Shown piece after piece: positions 1-13,873 of a DNA stretch of 64,000 nucleotides (its first letter is position 1; the number at the start of each line of letters is the position of its first letter). Made by a program: the position numbers and the translations under genes. Where the stretch lies: the NCBI GenBank assembly GCA_964016885.1, contig OZ024764.1:2232001-2296000 (forward strand). Direction: 5' to 3'. The notes under the pieces were generated by a model. That model had not been told where the DNA came from, made no database searches, and was given only the letters and a program-made list of their open reading frames with translations. Origin of the DNA: Eledone cirrhosa. Lineage: Eukaryota.

Positions 1-67
1 GTAGGTGGTGAGTTTATGAGTTCACTTGAATTCTTATGTAAGTTTATCTTGGAGTAATAATATTGAA

Positions 68-388
68 AGAGTGAAGAATAACATGGTCAACAGTACAAAA
101 AAAGTTTTTTTTTACAGTCTTAACAATTGTTTCACTGATTAAGTTGTCTAAAAATTGCTGAACACTTGGAGCTGTGCCACTCAGTTTTAAATACGTTGTT
201 AGCTTAACCAGATCATCAGAAAAACTGAGTTTCTCTGATGATCTGGTTAAGCTAACAACGTATTTAAAACTGAGTGGCACAGTTCCAAGTGTTCAGCAAT
301 TTTTAGACAACTTAATCAGTGAAACAATTGTTAAGACTGTAAATAAAACCCCTTTTTGTACTGTTGACCATGTTATTCTTCATTCTCT
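68..388. mobile_element. Fold-back (inverted) Penelope-like terminal repeat carrying two antiparallel hammerhead cores
   Basis: Arms ~68-224 and ~230-388 are near-perfect reverse complements. + arm: CTGATGA 235-241, ~79-nt stem II (CTGGTTAAG/CTTAATCAG), GAAA 321-324, CA...TG, TA 340-341. Mirror core on the - strand (TCATCAG 213-219). Ends in (TA)n. A 3' fragment of the same family is at ~12015-12088. Confidence 0.75.
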
Positions 389-399
389 CTATATGTATA

Positions 400-430
<31 letters not shown>

Positions 431-513
431 GTTAATCTCAGGTTCAATCGGAGGTAACCACAGTAAGTAAGGTACTCAAAATATATAAATACCACCATAT
501 TACATTGATAGTC

Positions 514-564
514 GGCTTCCTGATGATTTCTTCTGAATGAAACAGTTCTAGTCCTGTAGAAGCC
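514..564 (+). ncRNA. Type I hammerhead ribozyme (family A)
   Basis: GGCTTC-CTGATGA-T.TTC.TTCT.GAA.T-GAAA-CAG.TTCTAGTC.CTG-TA-GAAGCC. Stem I GGCTTC/GAAGCC, stem III CAG/CTG, GUA cleavage triplet. Confidence 0.8.
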
Positions 565-574
565 ATTTCTATAC

Positions 575-614
<40 letters not shown>

Positions 615-631
615 CGACCTCCCATGGTAAT

Positions 632-967
632 ACAGAGTACCCGACCTCCCATGGGTACAAGCTGAAGCATACAGACAATATGCCCCTACACCCCCCATCG
701 CAAGGTGGTCGTGGAGGTGCCACGGCAAAAAAGCACCCAGCCCACACTGTAAAGTGGACGTGTAGGCGCCACGAAAAAGCACCCAGCACTCACTGTAAAT
801 GAGGTTGGTGTTAGGAAGGGCATCCAGCTGTAGAAATCAAGCCAGATCAGTTCCTGTATGAGCAAGGCAAGGTCACCCGACCGGACACTGCCCACAACAG
901 GACAACCCGTCTAACCCCATGATAGCATTGAAGAACGGACATAAAACGGTGATGATGATGATGATGA
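632..967 (+). mobile_element. RTE LINE 3' UTR fragment
   Basis: Matches the reverse complement of 61075-61400 (3' UTR of the RTE at 61075-63497) and ends in (GAT)n. Confidence 0.75.
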
Positions 968-1009
968 TATATATATATACACCATTTTACTGCAATTTTT
1001 CCCCCCACA

Positions 1010-1710
<701 letters not shown>

Positions 1711-1799
1711 TACATGAATGTATAAAAAAATATGTGCAGTTTCTCAATTTAGAAAAGAAAACAATGTTTTGACAAGTTAAACTGATGTCAGAGATAGTT

Positions 1800-2670
1800 G
1801 AGGGGTGTGGGTGATGTGGGGTGTTGGGGTGGTGGGGGTAGGGGGTAGGGGTGGGGTAGGGTGGGGGCGTCGGGGTGGAGTGTATGTATGTGTGTGTATG
1901 TATCATTGTATGTGTGTGTGTGTGTGTATGTGTGAGTATATGTATGGGGGTGTATGTATGTGTATGTATCATTGTATATATGTGTGTCTATATGTGTGAG
2001 TATATGTATGGGGTGTATGTATGTGTATGTATCATTGTATGTGTGTGTGTGTGTATGTATGAGGTGTATGTGTGTGTATGTGTGTATGTATGAGGTGTAT
2101 GTGTGTCTATGTATCATTGTATATGTGTGTGTATATATGTATCATTGTATATGTGTGTGTGTGTGTATGGGGTGTATGTATGGGTGTCTATGTATCATTG
2201 TGTGTGTGTGTGTGTATGTATGGGGTGTATGTGTGTCTATGTATCATTGTGTGTGTGTGTGTGTATGTATGGGGTGTATGTGTGTGTCTATGTATCATTG
2301 TATATGTGTGTGTGTGTGTGTATATGTATGGGGTGTATGTGTGTGTCATTGTATATGTATGTGTGTGTGTCTATGTATCATTGTGTGTGTGTGTATGGGG
2401 TGTATGTATGTGTGTCTATGTATCATTGTATGTGTGTGTGTGTATGTATATGTGAATGTGAGTATATGTATGTGTGAGTATGTATGAGTGTGTGACTGTA
2501 TATGTGAGTGTGTGTGTATGTGAGTATATGTATGTGTGTATCATCATCATCATCGTTTAAAGTCTATCTTCCATGCTAGCAGGGGTTTAGACGGTGTGTG
2601 TATATATATATATATGTGTGTGTGTATGTGAGTATATGCATAGGTGTGTGTGTGTGTATGGTTATATATG

Positions 2671-2721
<51 letters not shown>

Positions 2722-2776
2722 ATGTGAGTATATGCATAGGTGTGTGTGTGTGTATGGTTATATATGTATGTATGTG

Positions 2777-2807
<31 letters not shown>

Positions 2808-3050
2808 CTAAGTGAATATGTATGTATGGTTGTATATATATATGTGTGTATATGTATGTATATATGGTTGTATATGTATGTATGTATACATATATATATG
2901 GGTGTCTGAGTGAATATGTATGCATGGTTGTATATATATATCTATGTGTGTGTATATGTATGTATGTATATATATGGTTGTATATGTATGTATGTATACA
3001 TATATATATGTGTGTGTGTGTGTGTCTCAGTGAATATGTGTGTATACATA
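1800..3050. repeat. G-rich tract followed by compound (TG/TA) microsatellite-derived minisatellites
   Basis: G-runs at 1800-1880, then recurring TATGTATCATTGT...TATGGGGTG and TATGGTTGTATAT units. Confidence 0.85.
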
Positions 3051-3145
3051 TGGTAGATAAGAAAAATACATTAAAAAACTCCTGGGTAAGCTGCTTAGAA
3101 AACTGGCAGAAATGACATTGTAGCTTTGAAATAGATAAATTATAG

Positions 3146-3187
<42 letters not shown>

Positions 3188-3442
3188 CGGCGATGAATTA
3201 GATTTGCGAGGTTTTTTATATGAAATCGTGTGTCGAAACAAATATTGGTATACTTGGGGAGGGTCATATTTGTGTAATATTGCCAGAATTAATAACAGAA
3301 CACACTCACTGCTTGGTTGGTTTTCGCTTCTGTGTCTTTTATATCGGTAATTTAATTTATTCGGTCCTCAATGTTGCCATTGACTGACCAACAGTCAAAA
3401 ATAATACAGATACAATATAGACACAAACACATATATATAATT

Positions 3443-3486
3443 TATCAAAATTCTTTCGTTGCACATCTGCAACATCGTCAGTGGTG
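3443..3486 (-). ncRNA. Hammerhead ribozyme in the 3' region of a Penelope-like element (stem I degenerate)
   Basis: Minus strand CACCA-CTGACGA-T.GTTGCA.GATG.TGCAAC-GAAA-GAAT-TT-TGATA with a perfect 6-bp stem II. Lies ~260 nt downstream of the PLE ORF stop on the same strand. Confidence 0.65.
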
Positions 3487-3745
3487 CTATTGTTTCCTCC
3501 CGTTACATTGTATGTCTACGCCATTTTTATTTAGTCTGTCTATATATTTATTTATTTATTTATTTGTTTGTTTGTTTATTTTATTTTGTCTTCTTTGCAC
3601 ATGCGTTTGCGTGTGTGTATAGTGTTTTGTTTGATGTGTGTTCGTGATTGGGTGACTGTGTATCGGTTAATGTATTCTATCTTTACTAGTGTGTGTTTAT
3701 ATGTGTTTGTTGTTATTGTGCTTGTGTATGTATTTATTTATTTAT

Positions 3746-4610
3746 TTATACTTCTCTTAGGTCAGTGTTGTTTGTTTGGGTGTTGTTGTTATTCCATTCA
3801 TTCTTTCTGTTTAGTCTTGGCCTTCTAAGTTCTATTTCACCGGCCTCTCTGATTTGCCTAACTGCTGGGTCATTTCTATGTTTAGATATTATTCTAATTT
3901 CTATGTTGTCTATGTTAACGTTGTGTTGTTGTCTGGCATGTTCGTATAGTACTGACCCGTTTTTTCGTCCTTTTAGTTCCCTCCAGTGCTGGTCTATCCT
4001 TTCACCTATGCTACGAGCTGTCTCGCCTATGTATGTTGTTGTCATGTTTCTGCAAGTACCCTCTGTACATCTTATGCTATAGACTACGTTTCTAGTTTTA
4101 CAGTTTATCCGGGGGTTTACCTTACATATGATACATTTCCTATTAGTATAGTGGGTTTTCTTAAAAGGGTAGATTTTGCTGATCAGGGATTTTATGGTGG
4201 TTCCTGGCTTTTCTACCACCTTAATCTTTAAGTGGGTCTTTCTCAGGGCCTTTCTACACTGGTTAGCTAATTTCCCTCCAGGGGTAGCGTCCACAAACAT
4301 GACACTCTGGTATCTCTGGTTGTCGTACCATGAGGTGGCTTTCCCTATCTTATGTCTAGCCCTATCTAAGCTATTCCATGATTTGCTCCTGTATAATGGG
4401 CAAATTCCTTTCATGTCCAGTTCTATGAGGGTCTTATACTTCTCCATGGCTCCTTCATATACTCTGACTCTGTCTCTTTGGTTGTAGCCTGAGAACTGCA
4501 TGCGGTTGATGAAGTGTTGGATGTGTCTTTCCATTTCTGTTGGGTCGCACATGCGGGACACATTCTTCATCACTCGTACCAAATCTGCCATCAGAATATT
4601 AAACTTAGCA
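3746..4610 (-). mobile_element. 5'-truncated Penelope-like retroelement ORF: RT thumb/linker plus GIY-YIG endonuclease
   Basis: ORF 3746-4591 contains RMQFSGY, FVDATPGGKLA, KVVEKPG, the Cys-rich linker CIIC...NC, then NVVYSIRC...C...YIGETARSIGERIDQH and RQIREA...LN. This is the PLE GIY-YIG signature. 5' end abuts (TA)n. Confidence 0.9.
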
Positions 4611-4629
4611 CTACTACAATATATATATA

Positions 4630-5780
4630 GTTATAGGAATAACTAAAGAGTGCTTAGAAATACAATGTTTTATTAGCTAACAGTGTTTCATCCATACACC
4701 ATGGCAGGAATCATCAGAGCCTATAAACATGAGTATATCAGTAGTTGCATGCTCCATCGAGCTGCGTCACCAGAACAAGGTTAAAGGACCAGCAGGGGGG
4801 TCCCGAGACCAGCGCTATATGGAAAAAGGCAAAATACATGATGCCCATAATGTCATAAAATGTCTTAAAAATTTTTAAATTAAAAATTAAAATTTGCACC
4901 AAAAATGTATCACTTAAATGGTGATAAAGAGGTTGGGAGAGGGTAGCAAGGGATGAGTGAGGGTATTACTCAGCATAATAAGAAACAATAAGAAAATAAT
5001 AAAAAAGTACAAAAATACAGGGATAAGAAAAGAGATAAATATAAAAATACAAAACAATAAAGGAACAAAAAGCCCGGAGACCCCAAAGAAATATAAGACA
5101 AAGCAAAGCATAGATGCATCAAAGCACAAGTAGTGCAAAAAGAGGGTGTACAGGCAGATCAAGAGAGTTTGCAAGCATGAGTCTGTGAAAAGAATTGTTG
5201 GTTAGCAGTAATGCAGCCTTACATGTATGATAGTCCATATGAGGGATGGTGTACTCCAATTATATCGCCTTGTAACAGGTCGATTCTCCTTATCATATCC
5301 GCACCCTACGAACCACATCGATATGTTCCAGTTCCGAACGTTAAGTGAGATAACACTATATTTCCAAAACCTATACCCAGGGGATTTATCACCATAGGTG
5401 GTCTGGGATATACACACAAGATCTAAAATAAAAAATAAAAGAAAATACGACGAGTTAAAGAAATGTATGGTACATATACAGCCGGCACAGATGTGAGGAA
5501 ATTGAAAACATGCCAGGTCCGCAGAAACTGGCATTCCCCAAATTCGTCACGTTCGGTCGCTCAATCCAATGTGACAGGTGAAATTCACTGTATGTCCTCC
5601 AAGTTGACCAATGTACCGCACCGCATACAACTGTACCACAGTAAATACAAATCGCGATGGCTATCCCGTTACATATAACGGCTCTATAATATACTAGTTA
5701 TCCTACATTGAGCTACAACCACACTGTCATACAAAGGGCAATATATCTGCATGTCTGGGCATATTGATATATTTGTCAAC
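4630..5780 (-). mobile_element. Degenerate Penelope-like 3' end (frameshifted GIY-YIG remnant plus HHR)
   Basis: Minus-strand frameshifted peptides CIYCGTVVCG / RYIGQLGG / MPVS / HPSYGLS at ~5220-5660, with an HHR at 4669-4727 downstream. Flanked by (TA)n on both sides. Confidence 0.55.
4669..4727 (-). ncRNA. Type I hammerhead ribozyme
   Basis: TTTATAGGCT-CTGATGA-T.TCC...GGA.T-GAAA-CACTG-TT-AGCTAATAAA. Stem I GCT/AGC plus TTTAT/ATAAA, GUU triplet. Confidence 0.7.
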
Positions 5781-5984
5781 GAAATATATATATATATATA
5801 TATATATGTATGAATACGTACATACATATGTATACAGACGTACAGTAGTATGTATGGACTATCACCAGAGGGTGATAGTCCCCGGTGGTTTTTGCATAGC
5901 TACGGCTTTCTAAATCTTTATCTATAAACATACCATATTTCTTTAGAAATACGAAATTTCAATATATATATATATAAATATATA

Positions 5985-6352
5985 TATAAGTATGTACACG
6001 TACATACATATATGTATACAGACGTACAGTAGTATGTATATATATACATACACACACATATATATATATACGTATGGATTCACCAAACATTTATTGTAAT
6101 GCTCGGTGTATTTGTAAACAAACATCCCGTATTAAGCCGTATACAGCGTTCCTTCGTCAGTGTTGAACAAACGAGCAACGGTGGTTGCTAGACACTACGG
6201 CTTAATACGGGATGTTTGTTTACAAACACACCAAGCATTACAATAAATGTTTGGTGAATCCATACGTACATATATATATATGTGTGCATGTATGTATATA
6301 TACATACTACTGTACGTCTGTATACATATATGTATGTACGTATACATACTTA
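5985..6352. repeat. Long inverted repeat (~155-bp arms, ~55-nt spacer)
   Basis: ~5985-6140 is the reverse complement of ~6196-6352. The spacer contains TCGTCAG (CTGACGA on the - strand). Confidence 0.8.
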
Positions 6353-6427
6353 TATTTAAGTAACAGCCGTACTAAGAGTGGGAAATGAAATTTCGTTTCA
6401 TTTTTTCCGTTTATATATATATATATA

Positions 6428-6620
6428 GGAAAATGTATGACCCTGACGGCAGAGCTCAAGCCGTTTCGACGGCTATTTCAGTCAAGAAATAGCCGTCGAA
6501 ACGGCTTGAGCTCTGCCATCGGGGTCATACTTTTTCCTATTACCCACTCTACAACCCTAAGTATTGAGTACTCTGGTACGTTATGGTCCATCTGGTTCTT
6601 TACCACAATTACTTCGTTAT
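6428..6620 (+). mobile_element. Fold-back PLE-like 3' end, family C (copies at 28885-28975 -, 30826-30995 +, 50121-50320 +)
   Basis: Hairpin 6428-6540 centred on ...GGCTATTTC.AGTCAA.GAAATAGCC..., carrying only the 3' half of an HHR (GAAA-CGGC...GCC-TC). A shared tail TACCCACTCTAC...GTATTGAGTACTCTGG... follows and ends in (TA)n. Confidence 0.65.
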
Positions 6621-6634
6621 ATATATATATATTG

Positions 6635-6677
<43 letters not shown>

Positions 6678-6776
6678 ATTATATGTAAATATGAGTATAT
6701 ATAAGTGTGTGTTTGTGAGTATATGTATGCATCCTACCCATCGAAGATGGATGTATGATGATGATGATGATATATA

Positions 6777-7646
6777 TCTATATATATAAAACTGAGGATG
6801 TCTGTCTGTGTGTGTGTGAGTTTGAATCCCTAAAACTCGAAAACCACCCAACCGACTGTTTTCAAACTTTACACATGTAATACTTATGTTTCAGGGAGTG
6901 TTCTGAACAAAAAGAATTTCAAATTTTCTATGCCCCAGGGACCACATTAGGCGATTTAGTGATCTCTCTCTATAATTCTTAGTCTTTCTCTTTTTAGATA
7001 GATACATACATATAACGTCGCGCCCTTCTAATATCTGTCTGTCTGTATGTGTGTGTGTGTGTGTGTGAGTTTGAATCCCTAAAACTCGAGAAGTATGCAA
7101 CCGATTTTTTTCATGTGTATTACTTATGTTTCAGGGAGTGTTAGGCACATGAAAAATTCCACTTTTTTTTATCTCCTAGGGTCCGCATTAGGTGAATAAC
7201 TGCGTTGTTTAACATTTTTAGGGGTTTTTTGAGGCGTTACGTCAGACCGATTTCCTTGAAATTGTAACTATGTATTAGTCAGTCTCTTCTTCATACCTTG
7301 AGCAAAGAAAATCCAACTTTTTTATGGCCTAGGGCCCACATTAGGTGAAAAACTTCATTTTTTCAGCTTCTTAGGGCTTTTTGGAGGCGTTACGTCTAGC
7401 TGATTTTCCCGAAATTTCAAGGCATCTTATGCACATAAAAAAATTCATTTTCTTGATCTCCTCGGGTCCGCATTAGGTGAAAACCGGCATTTTTCCTGCT
7501 TCATCAAGGAAAATCTTAGATTATCCAGCCATCAGAGTATTCGGTTTATTTTCTTTACATATTGTCCAGGCATGCAGTTTTTAGGTCTATTGGCGGCCCG
7601 CATTCCAAAATACCTTATCCCATGCAACGCCGGGTACCACTGCTCG
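6777..7646 (+). mobile_element. Non-autonomous Helitron-like element
   Basis: Starts TCTATATATATAAAA, followed by a GTCT/GT microsatellite and internal ~120-bp subrepeats (GGGTCCGCATTAGGTGAA). Ends with the 3' hairpin CCCATGCAACGCCGGG, then CTCG|T (degenerate CTAG). Confidence 0.65.
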
Positions 7647-7804
7647 TATATATAAAAATGTATATATATATATATATGTATATATACATGTATGACAGTG
7701 TGTATGTATATATATATGTATATGTAAGTATGCATAATTACATTTATATATCATCTGTGCTAGGGTGAGAAGTAAAATTCTATGTACGAAAGGACAGTTA
7801 TATG

Positions 7805-8100
7805 AGAGCGAAAGAATGTAGTGTATGGGAGAGGAGACTGAGGTGGTATGGAGATGTGATGCGCATGGAGGATGACCGATGGGTGAAGAAGTGCCAGGAA
7901 ATGCCAGTTGAAGGAAGACGTGGTAGAGGTAGACCACGAAAAACATGGGCGGAGGTGGTGAGAACAGACCTCAGATCGCTGAAGCTCACGGTGGAGATGA
8001 CGAAGGACCGTGATGAGTGGAGAGATGCTGTGCTGAATAGGACCCCGTCCCACCCTTGCAAGCAGGGAAAAGCAGATGTAGAATGATGATGATGATGATG
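7805..8100 (+). mobile_element. RTE LINE 3' end fragment
   Basis: RRLRWYGDV...GRGRPRKTW peptide and a (GAT)n tail. Confidence 0.9.
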
Positions 8101-8491
8101 ATCATCATCATCATCATCGTTTAATGTCCATCTTCCACACTAGCATGGGTTAGACGGTTTTGTTCCATTTGATGCAGGATTGGTTGGGAGACCATGTCTC
8201 ACTCGTATAGAGGTGTCTCTGGCAGGTTTTTTTTTACAGCTGGATGCCCTTCCTAACACCAACCACATTTACAGTGTGGGGCTGGGAGTCTCCTACACAG
8301 AGGACAGAAATCGGAGGATGGGGCTAGAGTGTGTGGGGTGGGGTGTATATTGGGTTAACAGGACCCTACTGATTGTAGGTTTAAGTTTGTATATATATAT
8401 ATATATATATATATATACGCACAAAAGTATATATATACCCACACACACAGATCTATCTATCTATCTCTCCCTATATATATATTTATTTATT

Positions 8492-8869
8492 TCATCATTT
8501 TACGTTCACTTCTCCCTGCTTGCAAGGGTGGGACGGGAACTGATTCTGGCTTGATTTCTACAGCTGGATGCCCTTCCTAACACCAACCTCATTTACAGTG
8601 AGTGCTGGGTGCTTTTTTGCCGTGGCACCTCCACGACCACTTTACAGTGAGTGCTGGGTGCTTTTTTGCCGTGGCACCTCCACGACCACTTTACAGTGGA
8701 ATGATAGGGACCCCAGTCCCTATCATCTCATTTCTACAGCTGAGTAAACTGGAGCAATGTGAAATAAAGTGTCTCGCTCAAGGAAACAACACATCACCCG
8801 GTCTGAGAATTGAACTCACAACCTTTCGATTGCAAGGCCAATGCTCTAACCACTAAGCCATGTGCCTCC
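8492..8869 (-). mobile_element. tRNA-derived SINE family 1 (copies at 11058-11501 -, 26176-26430 - partial, 28985-29305 -, 33776-34105 +, 35980-36160 - partial, 49698-50029 -)
   Basis: Head GGAGGCACATGGCTTAGTGGTTAGAGC with A box and B box GTTCAATTC. Body TCCTTGAGCAAGACACTT. Tail shared with RTE 3' ends (CCACCCTTGCAAGCAGGGAAAAGCGGACGTAAAATGA). Confidence 0.85.
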
Positions 8870-8884
8870 ATATATATATATACG

Positions 8885-9159
8885 TGCAAAAAGTTCAGTA
8901 AGTCCAGAGAAAACCAGTAAGAGAACCAAGGTCAGCACTCAATACAGATTAGAGTGTATATAATAGGCTTGTTTGTGTTTTTGCAGGTTCGTCTTCAGAT
9001 TTGATGGGATTTTTGTTATGTTAACACTGGTCTGAGGATGAGGGAGACTTGGAGTCTGGTCTGGGGTGGCACCCCAGATCACTAGCCAGCTGTCTGGGAA
9101 ACATTTGTAACTGGGTTAAGCAATAAATCTCATATGCAACACCTCCACTTTGTTCTTAT

Positions 9160-9160
<1 letters not shown>
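8885..9160 (-). mobile_element. Degenerate PLE-like 3' end
   Basis: Minus-strand KVEVLHM...PS resembles a GIY-YIG C-terminus. It is followed by CTGAAGA (broken HHR) and the ACTC/GAGTGCT stem-loop at 8934-8956. TA-flanked. Confidence 0.35.
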
Positions 9161-10560
<1,400 letters not shown>

Positions 10561-10752
10561 TGAGTTGGTCAGGAATGCCAGCTCAGTCAATCTGGATAAC
10601 AGTGATAAGGGTATCCTCCCCTCCCCAATCTAACCTACACACCCATCTCCAAACAATGGACCCTTCTTCAAAGACACCCTGCCTATATACCCTCCCCCCC
10701 ACACCCAATATATATATATATATACACACAGTGTGTATATATATATATATAG

Positions 10753-10797
<45 letters not shown>

Positions 10798-11519
10798 CAT
10801 CAAGTATGAAATTTGTAGAAATTTGTTTCTTTTCAACAAATTTCTACAAATTTCAAACTTGACGATGCAGTCAGTGTGCGCGTGTGCGCGTGCGCGTGTG
10901 TACACTGTCACTTTTCACAATGTCCTTGTCATACACATACACCCTTTTCACTCTCTCTATATCTATCTCTGTTGGTTTCTATCTATTACTGCACCCCAGG
11001 AAATTTACTGAAAGGTGGGTGAATGTGACAAAAAAGGCCCGAGTGATTGGGCCATCATCATCATCATTTTACCTCCACTTTTCCCTGCTTGCAAGGGTGG
11101 GATAGGAACTGATTCTGGCTTGATTTCTACAGCTGGATGCCCTCTCTAACACCAACCTCATTTACAGTGAGTGCTGGGTGCTTTTTTGCCGTGGCACCTC
11201 CACGACCACTTTGCAGTGGAATGATAGGGACCCCAGTCCCTATCATCTCATTTCTTTTTTGCCGTGGCACCTCTACGTCCACTTTACAGTGTGGGCTGGG
11301 TGCTTTTTTTTGCCGTGGCACCTCCACGACCACCTTGAAGTGGGAGGGTGTTGGGGCATATTGTCTATATGATTCAGTAAACTGGAGCAATGTGAAATAA
11401 AGTGTCTTGCTCAAGGAAACAACACATCACCCGGTCTGAGAATTGAGCTCACAACCTTTCGATTGCAGGGCCAATGCTCTAACCACTAAGCCATGTGCCT
11501 CTTTCTCTGTATATAAACC

Positions 11520-11760
11520 TGTAGGTTGAAGAAGAGAGCAAAAGGAAGAAGGGAGCACTTGCACAACACGCCCCTGAAGTTGAGGGTTGTTCTATCTACG
11601 GGGTATTAAACAACCCATTTATGGTGCCTCCCCCCTATTGGGGATTTCGATTGTTGTAATTGTTTGTTTTTATATTTTTACACGACTGTATGTAAAATCC
11701 CCGGCATATGTATTTGTATTGTCCCCTTTTCTTGTGCGCCCTTGTGGCAAATAAAGAATC
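11520..11760 (+). mobile_element. Possible L1/Tx1-like LINE 3' UTR fragment
   Basis: T-rich 3'UTR-like stretch ending GCCCTTGTGGCAAATAAAGAA. No ORF support. Confidence 0.3.
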
Positions 11761-12083
11761 TATCTTCCTCTCTATGTCCATCTCACTCTACACACATAGC
11801 CTTTCCACCTCTCTTTCTCTCTCTCTGTATCATCATCATCATCATCATTTAATGTCTATCCTGTATGAGCAAGACACGGTCACCCGACCAACCTTGCCTC
11901 AAGTGGCACAACCCCCGTCTAACCCATGCTAGCATGGAAAATGGACATTAAACAATGATGATGTTGAAAGGATAACAAAATATCGTTATAGGTAATCCAG
12001 TTAAAGGTTGTGAATAAACAATTGTTAGACTGTAAATAAATCCCCTTTTTTGTACAGTTGATCATGTTATTCTACACTTTTTC

Positions 12084-12150
<67 letters not shown>

Positions 12151-12474
12151 ATCATCATCATCATCATCATTTAACGTCCATCTTCCACGCTTGCATGGGT
12201 TTGGACGGGAGTTTTCCCACTTGAGGCAAGAGTGGTTGTCTTGCTCGCATAAGGACTGTCTGGCAGGTTTTCTACGGCTGGATGCCCTTCCTAACACCAA
12301 CCACGTATACAGTGTGGACTGGGAGGTTTTTACCGTGTTGCCTACACGGCCACATTACAGCGTGGACTGTGTGTTTTATTGTCGTGACACCTACACAACC
12401 TCATTTGTTTCGGACTGGATGTTGTGGTACCAACATAACTTTACATTATATATATATATATATATATATCATCA

Positions 12475-13226
12475 TCATCATCATTTTACGTCCGCTTTTC
12501 CCTGCTTGCAAGGGTGGGACGGGTCTTATTCAGCACAGCATCTCTCCACTCGTCACGGTCCCTCGTCATCTCCACCGTGAGCTTCAATGATCTGAGGTCT
12601 GTTCTCACCACCTCCGCCCATGTATTTCGTGGTCTACCTCTACCACGTCTTCCTTCAACTGGCATTTCCTGGCACTTCTTCACCCATCGGTCATCCTCCA
12701 TACGCATTACATGTCCATACCACCTCAGTCTCCTCTCCCGTACACTACATTCTATCCCTCTCAGACACAGTTTCTCTCTCAACACATTTATGCTGGGTCG
12801 TTCACGCACATTTACACTGCACATCCAACGGAGCATGCTTGCCTCATTTCTCTCCAGCTGTCGCATATCCTCTGCGGTTACTGCCCATGTCTCACTACCA
12901 TGCAGCATCGCGCTCCTCACACAGGCATCATACAACCGGCCTTTCGTACGCAGGGAGAAACCCTTCTTCGTCAACAGAGGAAGCAGCTCCCTAAACTTCT
13001 TCCAACCTGTCCTTATTCTAGATACTATGGCCTCGGAACACCCTCCTCCCATGCTAATCTGATCTCCTAGGTACTGGAAGCTATCCACCACTTCTATAGC
13101 GCCCTCTTGCATTTGAAAAATGTGTCTATCAATGCGACTTCTACTGTCAAATTTCCCTGTACATCTACTGCATACATATTTCTCCCTACCTGTTAGTTTG
13201 CCTGCTATCCCACTACATCTCTTGTG

Positions 13227-13228
<2 letters not shown>
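12475..13228 (-). mobile_element. RTE LINE 3' fragment (RT thumb/C-terminus)
   Basis: ORF 12486-13112: VDSFQYLGD...LHGSETW...RRLRWYGHV...GRPRNTW, with an (ATG)n tail. Confidence 0.92.
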
Positions 13229-13259
<31 letters not shown>

Positions 13260-13624
13260 ATGTATGTGTGTGTGTGTATATTTAGTCCCATGACAAAAAG
13301 CACCCAGACCTCACTGTAAAGTGGTTGTGTAGGTGATCACATGATCAAACCCGAGCTGATCGCTATAGAAACAAATTGTAATGTGAAATCAAGTTTACAA
13401 AAATGTATATGTATATATATATGTGTGCATCTCTTTCATATATATATATATATAACAAGGTCTGATTGAACCTATATATGAAGTCTGATAGTATACAGTT
13501 CAATAACTGCTATAGATCAGGCAATATCCCAATATGATCAACCCTCTGAAACGATCGTAAAACAATGATATGTATAGGTAAAGTAAATTGACTTTGTTGC
13601 TATTATTTTCATTGTTAAATTAAT

Positions 13625-13810
13625 TGTTTCTAATTTAGGCACAAGGCCAGCAATCACCCAGTACATTACTGGTACTTTATTTTATCTACCCCGTAAGGAT
13701 GAAAGGCAAAGTTAACCTTGACGGGATTTGAACTCAGACTGTAAAGGGACGTAACTATGCTGGAAAGCATGGCGTCCGACTCTCTACCGATACTGCCAAT
13801 CCCCCGCCCT
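13625..13810 (-). mobile_element. tRNA-like SINE family 3 (copies at 31388-31576, 36635-36820, 36838-36936, 43487-43672, all -; degraded copy ~24100-24280 +)
   Basis: GGCGGTGGATTGGCAGTATCGGTAGAG...GAGTTCAAATCC (B box), then the conserved central GCCTTTCATCCTTACGGGGTCGATAAAATAAAGTACCAG. Confidence 0.75.
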
Positions 13811-13831
13811 TTTCATTGTTAAATTAATACC

Positions 13832-13869
<38 letters not shown>

Positions 13870-13873
<4 letters not shown>

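Noticed and set aside
44-470. Near-identical ORFs on opposite strands (MPLSFKYVV...)
   Set aside because: A consequence of the DNA palindrome, with no protein-family features.
6095-6165. Possible HHR (CTGACGA on the - strand) in the 5985-6352 inverted repeat
   Set aside because: No GAAA or stem III could be placed. At most a decayed core.
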